Below are positions 50,701 to 61,841 of a stretch of 64,000 nucleotides of DNA, piece after piece. A model generated the notes under the pieces. It had not been told where the DNA came from, searched no databases, and saw only the letters and a program-made list of their open reading frames with translations. The first letter of the stretch is position 1. Each line of letters opens with the position of its first letter. The position numbers were made by a program, and so were the translations under genes. This DNA is from Tubulanus polymorphus (taxonomy: Eukaryota > Animalia > Nemertea): contig NC_134025.1 in the NCBI RefSeq assembly GCF_964204645.1, positions 28,128,299-28,192,298 of the forward strand. The letters are read 5' to 3'.

Positions 50701-53505
50701 TTTTCATGTCACTCATTCCATTCTGTACTGAATACCGTGCACATTTAATCGTCATGGGTTTGTCTCTAGTTCTATGGGTGTTATGATGAATCCATACTGG
50801 ATACTGTGTAAATTGAAGTGATACATCTGTTTTGGGTATGTCTTTAGTTCTATGGATGATTGGCTTTTCATCGCTTCTGTCCGGAGAACAATAATAGAGT
50901 TGACTTATAGCTGGAGGACATCTATGTAAACACTGGTAACTCCTGTTTTTCGAGCAAAATGGAAACATGAAATTGTTATTTATTTCATTTGTTTCAAAAA
51001 TTGGGCGCACCTTGTTCCGTCGCGAATCATCAAGCCAATATTCGATATGACCCTTACAGATCGGTGTTTCTACCGGGAACATCTGAGATTGTAGAAAGTT
51101 TTCATCTATAAAAATCTTCGAAACTTCCCCTTGTCTACAGAGTTCTGGTTTGAATTCGAATATCTCCGGAGAAACTCTGGACGACTTGTCACCGTTTTCG
51201 ATAGGATTACACTGAATTGCGACATCAACCATCGTTTTGACTGAACGAGGTTTCTGTCTCTCAGTTTGTCGTCTCTCCATTTCAGAATTCAATTTCCTCT
51301 TCTTAGGTGGTGAAGCATTCGTTTTCAAATGAAACTGTGAACATTCATTTTGTGCATTATTTCTACACAAACTGACAGCTTTATTCGATGTCTTAGTCAC
51401 ATTCTGATTTCGTCTTTTAAGACATGATGGCGTCTTGATGGATTTCTCCGTTTTCGGAGGAAGTCGAATCTTTGAATTTTCCGCTTTTAGTTTCATCAAC
51501 TGGTCTAACCTGTCTTTCAATGTTAATCGTCTACCGCTGTTAGTTACGCAGAACGATTCTTTACTCGTCTGAGTTAAAACTATCGAGTCGTCCGTTTCTG
51601 GGTGATTTTCATCTTCTGGAACGTGTAATGGAGATTCGTTTTCATAATCAGAGCGGCTGCCGTTTTTGTGCTGAGTTTCATCTCTTTCTTCAGAGGATGA
51701 TGATGATGATGAAAATGAACTACAGGCAGCATTTTGTTCATCATTTCTCTTCACAGAAACAGGTACTGTATTCATAGGAGTATTCACTGCTTGAACATTC
51801 TGCTCATTCTCATTATGTTCAATGTTTGGTGCGTTATTCTCTATATCCTGGACAGATCTTTGAACACGACTCGAATGAAGACAATTTGCCGCGTTCAGGG
51901 TAGTTATCTCATTGAATATCTGCCCATCAGCTAAACGCGCAACCTGTGCAGAATTGTCATCGGATCCTTCCATATTAGCGGCGCTTGCGACGATTAAATC
52001 TTGCGACTTCAGAAATCTGTCAATCATCTTAGCGAGGTTATCAACGACGGGCGACCAATTGTGAAATTCGATGAACGTCTTTGAAGGATCGAACGTGATA
52101 TCGTACGTAGAAACCGGACAGTCGATCATAATCACAAACACCGGGAAATGTTCACGGTAAATCGCGCCTCTTCGACCGGTCGTTTTAGATTCATCGGATT
52201 TCGGTCGAACGATTAGCGATTTCGAGAGGAAATAATTCAAACACGTGTGAATTTTACTTTTCAAAACGACTCGCTTATTCACATACACGAATTGTATCGA
52301 GTTATTGCCGTGGCCTTCGCGCGCGATGAAACCGGTTACTTCGATATTTTCAGCCGCGTAGGAAACCTCTCTCAACTGATCGGATATTGACGCTCCGTAC
52401 AATTGCCGGAACGTACCGAGCTGCGAGGTACTTCTACGAATTTGAATTAGAATCGAATTCGTCGCGTCGTTTCTCAACGATAAACTAACTTCGTTATTTA
52501 TCAAACAGATCGATTCGAGGCGTTCGCGAATTCTCTCAATTTCGAGACCTGAATTCAGATGTTTACGCCTGACCGGTTGGTTATAGAATAGTTTGAGTAC
52601 AGTAATAGTGGTTCCGTGACTCGGTCGTTTCGTTTTAGATGTTTCAATCGCGATTGATCGACCACGTTCTATCAGTTTACGGTACGTTTGATCTTCGTGA
52701 CACGTTTCTATTTCGATAGACGCGCTAATATCGACGATGCTCGCTAGAGCCTCCCCTCTGTAGCCGTAGTGACGAAGATTAGACAGGTCATCGATACAAT
52801 GACATTTGCTGGTAAAATATCTAAAAAATACATCAAATTTTAACAAAGTCACACAGGAGTTGAGAGAAAGGCAACACATTTGAGTCGCCTAACTTTAATA
52901 TATCTTTAGATATGCACACAGGGACCTGACGCTTGACAGGAGCCTGGTATTCTTCATTCGGGGTCAGCCTACAGAAAGTTAGTCTAGCATCAAGCCGTGA
53001 GATGATGCTTTAAGGTTTTGCTGGTATCAGGCGCGTTGGAGGCAATTTCTGATTGCCGTGGCCAATTGACGATTTTTGAAAGGTTTTAATGCTGCGGCGA
53101 ATTTACTTTCATTTCTTAAAAAACATGGTATTCAAAGAACAAAAAATTATATTGCCACAGCTTTCGCCGCAGCTGCACTTCCAACGCCACTGGGTATTTG
53201 GTCTATTCTAGAGGTAGATCAGCTGGTATCTAGACTACTGGTAGCCTAGCTCAGATGAAACTCGCTAGCTTAAAACAGCGTACTCACCTTTTACCAACAA
53301 CCTCCAGATCGTCTTTAGATATACCATTTCCATTATCGACTACTTGTATTTTTTCGCAGTTTTCATTAATTCGTACAGCGATACACGTAGCGCAGCTGTC
53401 TATAGAATTAAGAACTAATTCTTCGATGCACTGAGTAGGACTCGTAATAGCTACCCCTGATCGAAGTTGATTCCTTACTTCTGGACAAAGCAGTTGAATA
53501 GACAT
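47730..53505 (-). CDS. MLH3: DNA mismatch repair / meiotic endonuclease MLH3
   Basis: GHKL ATPase motifs (LRSGVAITSPTQCIEELVLNSID, VVDNGNGI, RYFTSKCH, YGYRGEALAS, HGTTITV..LFYNQPVRR), a 2.9-kb linker exon (about 52820-49927), endonuclease motif DQHAADERVRLE (about 48905-48945), SQACHGAIKFGD and LPFQCAHGRPS. Last exon encodes VKMPPKLWKLREKL then TGA at 47730. Confidence 0.96.
53028..53192. mobile_element. MITE with CAG termini and 5-bp TSD GGTAT in the first coding intron of MLH3
   Basis: GGTAT|CAGGCGCGTTGGA ... TCCAACGCCACTG|GGTAT. Confidence 0.75.
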
Positions 53506-53699
53506 GATCTCTTCCTAATCTTACATTACCTACTACTTGTAACAGGCTATCAAATTCAATTGAATCAGCCTGGAATCTGAAGAAGAAAAGAAATGGGTTA
53601 GCAATTTTTCATTCTCTCCAACAAATTTGTTCATCATCTGCCACTGACACTGATAGTGATATGGATCGGAGAAGGTGGAAATAATGTGATAACTGCTTA

Positions 53700-54350
53700 G
53701 GCCCTATGGATATTCATTTCTGTACACTTTAATGTTAGACGATTTTGACAGCAGAAAATCGATTCAAATTTTGACAGCTCTGGGTCTCTACGCCACCGAC
53801 CTTCACTTGTACGCATACCCTATTTTCAGGTACGGCCAAGATTTGCGCGTTCCTGAAAATAGGGACACCCATGTGATTTGGGTTCGAATCCGTCACGTAT
53901 ATTCGATTAATAGATAGATAAAAATGTGTCCATAGTTCATAATACATTTGTTAATTAGTACACCTATACATTCACCCCATCATCCTGAAGACCATTTTGG
54001 CCAGTATTTTTGGGTTCGAATCCGATATGAAATAATGCTACTCCTTTTAATTTCCCAAAACTACTATGTATACAATTTTGTCTATCTTAAAATGTTCAAT
54101 AACCATCATCATTTATGGAATTCCTTATGGAATTCATTAATTAATTCGTAAATCTTAACTCGTAAGTCGCATGGCACTTGAGGAATTACATACTAATATA
54201 ATACGTAAGTCGTCATATGTAGTAGTTAAATGTAAGTCATAATTCGTAAAACGTAAGTGGTAAGTCGTATGACGGATGTCATCATTTCGCCTCATTATAT
54301 GTGACAATATAGTTTTGAGTTTAAATTGAAATTGAATTGGGATATGTCAA
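53700..54350. promoter_or_regulatory. Bidirectional promoter / 5'UTR region shared by MLH3 and RPS6KC1
   Basis: Start codons are only 846 bp apart in head-to-head orientation. The region contains repeated TTTTGACAGC, GGTTCGAATCC and CGTAAGTCG motifs. Confidence 0.6.
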
Positions 54351-57300
54351 ATGGGAAATATGTCTTCAAAACAAGACCAGTGGGTCAGATGTTTCGATGT
54401 ATCTGACCCCAGAAAGCATCCCAAAGGGTACACAGTATACAAAGTCACTTATAAGGTAACGTTGTTTGTATTTTAAGTTTAATTATGTTCAATCATTAGT
54501 TAAAAGTCGCTAAAATATGTCCCTAAAGTGACTGGTTTTTGTGTAGGCATTGTATTGCCCACCATGTAATTCGTCCGGCTCGGCCCTAAAATTAGAATTT
54601 CAGAAAGAGTCCACTGCATGACAGTCGATTGTTTTGAATTGTTCATCTAGCATCTGGCATCTCCCTCCCCACAGCCCAATTTATAGTTAAAAATGAACCG
54701 TTTTATGCTGTGTGTACTGACGATCAACATTTCTGACTATATTTCCAGCTTTTTTCTAGAGAAACCACTGATCTTGTTGAAGAGGTAACTGCTGGTGAAT
54801 TGGAATGGTTTTCTTATATAACTTTGACATTAGTGAATTAGGTAGGCCTAAATGTTAACTGTTCTCATTTTCAGATTGTCATTTGGAAACGATATAATGA
54901 TTTTAAGAAGTTGTACGTGGTGCTGGCTGACTTACATCGTAAACTGCAGAGAAAAGAGGAATTCCCAGTGTTCGCTAAACCCACAGTTTTTGGTATGTTG
55001 CCGAGTCCGTTCGTTGAGACAATTGAAAAGGCTACAGGATAATTATCTATTATTGTTAAAATACAGGAAGGTTCGATGAAGCTGTTATTGAACAAAGAAG
55101 ACATGCTGCCTTTGAGCTGATGGTATTTCTAGGGAGACAGTCCCACCTTTACAATCATGAATCATTTAAAAGGTTTTTTGAGGTAATACTCATTTTTGTT
55201 TTGTCTGTAGACGTGATTCTCCTCAACAGCAATGATAGGCCCTATTATATCGATTTCAGGGTGGAGAAAAACTGGATCCCAACAAAGCGTTTGAAAACAC
55301 CTGCCCTCTAGAGCCAGAAAGAGTTGGATCTCCTAATCAGGATATGAGTACGGATTCATTTTCGATATCTGATGCCGGTTCTCTACAAGGGGATAGTCTT
55401 GAACAAATACCAACCACATCGGCAGAGTCTTTACCGTAAGTCATCGACTCTGTCAAAATCAACCAGAAAATAATTTTTGATGCCTTATAAAATCTAACAA
55501 CGATAACTGTTGAGCGCCTTGGCCCTTATTGGGCTTGGCAGTGATATCGATTCGTAGAATGTCGGTTCTATTTGTACGCAAACTGATAGTGGCGAGATAT
55601 CATTGACAAAGATATAGAATGACTTCCTTGGATTATATTATGGGCATTATTGACATTCCATTTGTACATAGTCAAACTGCAGTAAACTTATATCCAAAGA
55701 TGTTTGATAATAAGGCAAATAGAAAGATGATATGTTGTATTCAGAATATCTGCTTGGAGGTGGATATGTACACGACGTGCGAATAACGTTTTCCCTGACC
55801 CAGTCATACATGCACATTGTAATTGATGATAACCTCTCCTATTGAAACTTGTGCAGATTTCTTTGAACAATGCTCTCCTTAACTTATTGTCAAATCTTTT
55901 CTAAGGCATCAAATGATCAGTTTTCTAAATTTGATGGTGATGATGTTTTGTTTATTTGTAGCGAAGGGAAGTCAAACGCGAGTCTGGGAGGAGTTTGGAA
56001 ATATCGAAAATCAGTCGAAAATATCAGCATAGATTCAAATGAAAATGGTGATGACGAAGATGAAGATGATGATGATGATGATGACGATGATTCGACGACC
56101 GACATTCCTGAAAATGATTTATCGTTTTTCGACCCGTTGAAGGACGACGTCGATACGAACGGCGTTGCTAAGCAGCCGCATCGCATTAGCAACATGTGGT
56201 TGCTATCGGCGATGAGTGTGTGCGCCGAACTCGAGAACAAATCGGCGCAACCTTCGCCGCAACATTTCCCATTTTCGTACAGTCGCGATAAAGTCAACGA
56301 AGATGAGACGATCATTCGCGTGGATCCGACGAGCGACGCGCAGTTAGATTACCCGGATATATCTCCGTGCGAAGAGGCCGCCGAAAACTCGGTCGCTGCC
56401 GCCAGCACGGCTCCTCCCTCTGCGGCCGAATCGATCGAATCGTCGGAAGACTTCGCGAAACCGAAATTAAATCGCACGTTGTCGGAAGCGATGATGAACA
56501 TTATATCTAAAGACGACGAGAGAGTTCGCGCCGATAGCGTCAGTCAGATCGATATCGGCGGACGTAATGATTATATATGTCAAGCCGCTAGCCAAATCAG
56601 TATGGCTAAAGAATGCGAAGCGAACGGTAATAATGAAATGGCATTCCGTTATTATAAAGGTGGTGTCGCAATATTATTGGAAGGTGTTCAGAGTAAGTTT
56701 CTGTGAATGCTATTCTCTAATATTATCTTATACTGTATATGTTTGGTGGATTATTTGCTTGGATTAGATTTTATCCACTTCAGTTCGTGCTTTGAAAGTA
56801 TTTTTTGGTGACTAGTGTAGAGATCCCGTACAAGTATTTTAACTGCATTATATGATGGGGGATACGTGATCTGGTCCTTAGTGCTACTAATCTATTATTT
56901 TCATTTATAGGTGATATGAATAAAGCAAGAAGGGAAGCCGTTCGCAGAAAGACGGCTCAATATTTACTGAAAGCTGAGTATTTGTATAATCGTTACCTTG
57001 CGCCTGATATAACGGATGAGAAAAGATGGGCGGTAAGATATTCGATTGACAGCTTAACTCTTGTTATACTGAAGCTCGTTTTCATTTAAATTAGATCGTT
57101 CTATTTTAGACTGATAGTCGTCTTTCTCCATCGTTGGAAAATGATAAGAGCATCTCGCATCTTCGTGGACCGATATCAGAATTACGTAATTATAGAGTTC
57201 TGGGAATTATAGATAAAGTGATGCTCGTTTTAGACAAAAGCTCAAACAATACATTTGTCATGAAGGTAAGCGGCTTGCTTCGGAAAGCGACAAAATTTTT

Positions 57301-60216
57301 CCTTGCATCTGGTAGGGATCTGATGAAATCGATTCTATTTTGCAGACGATTCAGAAGTCGCCGACATCATTCAGTCAACAGAAAAATAATGTCGTCCCGA
57401 CATATATTCCATTTATGGTTCAACTTTATAAGTTTTACGAAACAGAGTCGTCGTTGTATCTGTTACTGCAACACGCGACTGGTGGAAAATTATGGAGTTA
57501 TATTAGCGCGTATTTACTCCTCCAGAGGGAGCCAGATACTGAAATACGTTTACCGTCTGATAATACGAATATCTATTCCGGTCAGAGAGTCATCGTGGCG
57601 TGCAGTCCTAATTCCGGTCCGAGTTTTATCGATGAAGCCAATACGAAATCGTTAGCAACGGCGGCCGAAAGGAATTCACCCGATTTGTTGCACGAGAAAA
57701 GTAACAGTAGTCATGAACTAGAATGTAGTGACAGTTACGCACAATTCATTAACGAGTACCGTCGCGAGAGTATGACCGGAGATATCAACGAATTAAAAGT
57801 TCAGTTTAGTCTCGCTTCGAAAACGGACGTAGCGACTGTAGACGGCGAGATGAACGCGCAGATTATTAACAGCGACGATAACGCGAAAGTTGCCGATAAA
57901 CCGTATACATCTCCCGAAACCGGTGAAACGATCACCGATCGTCCTCAATCGCTGAAACGTCAGAATTCTAGCTTTTCGTCGCTGGATTACGAAGAAATCC
58001 AGTCGCCGATATCTCCGCGAAGTGTCAACTCGCAGCAGTTTTCCGAAGTACTCAACGGGTCCAAGTCGGGAATTGAGAACTTCAGTATTTATAATTTCGA
58101 CAGCGATCATCGTCACAGTAGCGGCGATGTGCCGCCGGACCACGCGTTTAATAGTCCGTTACCGACTTTAGACGACGACGACGGCGAGAATGGCGATGAA
58201 CCGGTGTTCGGCGAAACGAACAAGCCTCGATTGAGTTTCGACGAACTGTTGAACGATATGCCCGAAGAGTCGGCGCCGAAATCTGATAATATACTCCCGA
58301 CGACCGAAGAACTCGTGAAAAACGCTCGCAAATTATTGTCGAGCGTTACCGAAACGCTAGGTGGCGCCAGCGAGCGTAAAACAAGCGCTTCAACTGACGA
58401 GGTGTTTGATGCCGACGAAAAGAAGAATCAGCATGACGATGCGATTTCTGGTTCTCCTTGTAAGATAGATACTAGCGGCTTTAAAGTCGTTTCTGATTTA
58501 CGCGACGGTGGCGCCACCCAGCGCGTGACTATCGACGATTACTTAGAAAATCCTTTAGAGTACGAAACTAGTCGAAAACCGAAAAACGGCGAAATATCTC
58601 AGAGCGTAGATCGTTTAGAAGATGCGGGAGTAGACGACGAGGCTGAAGCCGCGGTTGTCGTTTCCTCGCCGGGAATTAACACGAATGTTACATCCAGCGG
58701 CGCGAAGTCAAAGCGTAAAGAATTCAAAATGCAGCGATCGTTATCGAGCGAAAGTTCACGCATTTTACTACAAAAAGAGCCGTCTCTCGATCGTAGTCTC
58801 GATTCTTGTACAAGCAGCTCAAAGTCTCGAAAAAGGAACTTTTCGTCGTTGTTCGCTCAACTGGATACGACGCTTTCCGGTTCGGTGGAAGCTAAAAATG
58901 TGATTATTCCCGAGAATTGCGTTCGTCAATGGGCTGCTGAGCTAGTGACCTGTTTATCTATGCTACATTCAATCGGAATTATTTGTCGGTAAGTAATTTA
59001 TTCGATGCTTATACAGGTATCGAACTGTTGCCTTGAACTACCTCCGCTAGTAGTCGTCTGCTTTCAGCAAAGATTCGAAACTGGGGCTGATATCGAGACG
59101 GCTACAGTACAAAAAACCTTCCTGGATCACTTTTTTCAAAGTGTGCTGAAGGGATATTTGATTTCTGGTCTTGGTAGTTTATTCGTTAGTTCATTTTCAA
59201 TTAAAAGTCTCTAAGTTGCAGTCCATTCGCATTTTCGATGTATCAAATGTATCTGCTTAAAAACTTAGATTTTCTGATGAATGTTGCTATGAAGTACTTG
59301 CTACATGTATTCTTAATATAAAATGTTTTTTCAGGGATTTAAGACCGGATAATATATTGTTGGGAGAGCGAGGTCACATATTGATCACGTATTACAGCGA
59401 ATGGTCTCATGTAAATCGTGTTATATATCCCGAATCTTATGATGAATATTTCGTCGCTCCAGGTAAATTATTCACACAGGAATGTCACTAATATTGTGAA
59501 GCCTGGGCTTAGATGCTATCGTACTGAATATTAATCACTCCCTAAATAAAAGACTTTTAACGGTAAATATGCACTTAACACCGTTTTTGACAATGATTTC
59601 AGAGTTGCATTGTTTAGGCGAAGCAGGGCCTGCTTCTGATTGGTGGAGTTTTGGTGCAATATTATTCGAACTGTTAACTTGTAAGGTATGTATATATATG
59701 TACGGGTGTATGTTGGTTTTATGTTTAATACACATTTATTATATCCGATGATGTATTATAATAATTATATATAGAATATTAAAATATTGGTTCATTTATC
59801 AATCTAGCCGTTAGCATCGTGTCATCCATCCGGATTTTCATCGCATACACAGCTTAATATTCCCGAACATGTTTCAAAGGAAGGCCGATCTCTTCTCACT
59901 GAGGTAGGGCATAACCTGGCTTTGGCATTTCTGAGTTGAATGAATTTATCAAGTACTAATACTAGTGTAAACTTCACCTACCTCTCAAACTGGCAAAATT
60001 ATTCCGAGTTTCATTGGGTTTACTGTATATGTTAGCAATAATACCGGTATGTGCCGGTACATAAACAAGATCATTGAGAATTGTGTTTTCCATTTTCAGC
60101 TATTACGATTCAATCCTAGCGAGCGACTCGGGTCCGGTGTTAATGGATCTGATGACATCAAAATGCATCCGTTTTTTCAGTCGATAAACTGGCTCGACCT
60201 TCAGACTAAACGATAA
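54351..60216 (+). CDS. RPS6KC1: Ribosomal protein S6 kinase delta-1-like (PX, MIT, split pseudokinase)
   Basis: Exons approximately 54351-54455, 54749-54784, 54875-54992, 55067-55182, 55260-55435, 55962-56692, 56911-57032, 57110-57265, 57346-58988, 59335-59462, 59602-59685, 59808-59903, 60100-60216. PX: DPRKHPKGYTVYKV, VIWKRYNDFKKL, GRFDEAVIEQRR. MIT: AFRYYKGGVAILLEGVQ, RREAVRRKTAQYLLKAE. Kinase: YRVLGIIDKVMLV, LLLQHATGGKLWSYI, RDLRPDNILL, TYY in place of DFG, DWWSFGAILFELLT. Confidence 0.95.
56049..56092 (+). repeat. (GAT/GAC/GAA)n coding microsatellite, poly-Asp/Glu
   Basis: Encodes DDEDEDDDDDDDDD in the RPS6KC1 linker. Confidence 0.85.
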
Positions 60217-60681
60217 TTAATCTCAAGTGCAGAAGAGATCTTGTTAAAACTTATTTGGTCACACTTAAAATGCTCACGATACATGATTTGTCTTTAGATT
60301 TTACGCTTTTATTCAGGCTGGAATTCCAATCCAGCGACGTAGCAATGCAAAAAACCTGTCAAATCATGTCTATGTAGATATATAACTGTTATTTCTGTGA
60401 TATATCACTCGTTGTCTGTTGGTGCTTTACACATAATCTTAATGTGCATTTAATAGTGTAATTGTATTTCCATTATTTGTGTATATCATTAAATACACAT
60501 TTGATTGATAAAACAGAGCGAAGTTTCCTTTAATTTTCACATTTGATAGTATTCAAAACTGTTTCTGCTGTAGTCGATGTTTGTTGTTGGTTATGTTGTT
60601 TTATTTTATAAAAGGAATCCTGAAATATCAATATGTTCTTAGAAGGTATGAAATGAACCGTTTAGTTACAGACATTACCTT

Positions 60682-60802
60682 CTGGGCCATGTTGCTGAAA
60701 ATATGATTGGAGATAACCAGTGTAGTGACAATTTGAAGTCCATTGGTACTGCAGTATTCATCCTACGGTTTTCGTTAAGCAATTTTCAATAACTGGCCTC
60801 AG
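60682..60802. mobile_element. Short inverted-repeat element, possibly a Harbinger-type MITE
   Basis: CTG-GGCCATGTTGCTGAAAAT ... ATTTTCAATAACTGGCCT-CAG, with imperfect TIRs and CWG flanks. Confidence 0.5.
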
Positions 60803-61336
60803 ATTGATGAAAGTGGAACTGTTTTAACAAACTCTGCAACGAAATGGAAATCCCGGCCTTTTAATTGATTTCATTCGTGTCAGGTAAAAATGTTTTTCCT
60901 TTTTTGGAGTAATCCTTAAAAAGGCTTATGTAATGTGCCGATAGCCGAAGACTGGTTGTATTTGTAGAATTGTAAAGTTTTTGTAGAATTTTCTACATAA
61001 TGTATCAATCAAATTTCATTGTCAAATGTTGTTTCATTTATCACTAAATAAAACTAACGTATAATGATGAATTAAAAAGACCTTGTTGCTAGTCGTCGAA
61101 AATATACCCAAGTTACGGATATCTGCGATTCATGCAAGATGGAATAGACTAACATCGCGGACTATTCGAAAAACTGAACAAAAACCCAATGAGTTAATTA
61201 CTACAACTAACATCTTTTATTTGTGCATTTACATTTACTAAGCTATGTTTTACAACCATGTTTACATCATAATAACCATTTATTGAGTCCGTGCGTCATA
61301 GGCTACAAGAAACAAGTAACCCGAGGTGAATCCGAA

Positions 61337-61568
61337 TTAGAAGTTTGAATTTTTCAATAAATTCATTACGTGTTTATTACAAAGTAATGTAACGGCTATG
61401 AATATATCTTGACACGAATTTAAACCATCAAAGATGTACCATACAATTTCCTGTTCTACAACTATAGCTACAAATCCTATAATCCACGTCAAACCGATAA
61501 TTAGTGACATACGAAAAAATATACTGATTAAGGTCCGATGGGCGGGCTGTTGATTCAAGGATTTCTTA
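61337..61568 (-). pseudogene. Duplicated ICL3-TM6-TM7 fragment of the adjacent GPCR
   Basis: 61361-61568 is a near-identical copy of 61905-62112 (offset 544, about 10 substitutions). NSCQG is changed to NSCQD. Confidence 0.8.
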
Positions 61569-61841
61569 TAAAAATAAATAGATACATTATAACATTCAAT
61601 TTCATAAGAACCAAATAACATCATATTTTAGCCATGTAATAATAAGTAAATGAATTCATTACGAACGTAACAACGTCAACATCAAGAAAACGGGGATAAT
61701 GCATTGAACACTTACAATATACATGTGTTTATATTTCTAACAACTTTTCGATGAATATCCAAGAGGCTTTTTCCTTCGAGAGTGAAATTACACAAGGACG
61801 TACTGCGCTGGATGTCGCTTGAAAAATAAACCATCGATTAG

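Noticed and set aside
49927-52820. Giant MLH3 exon as an insertion of foreign coding DNA
   Set aside because: A very large exon covering the ATPase end and the disordered linker is also typical of vertebrate MLH3; no transposase or RT motifs seen.
57346-59462. RPS6KC1 as a pseudogene or novel broken kinase (huge insert, no DFG, no Gly-loop)
   Set aside because: A split, catalytically degenerate kinase domain is the known normal state of the RPS6KC1/RPS6KL1 family.
354-60216. Minor-spliceosome (U12, AT-AC) or GC-AG introns
   Set aside because: All junctions I could resolve were ordinary GT-AG without the U12 donor consensus. Not every junction was verified.
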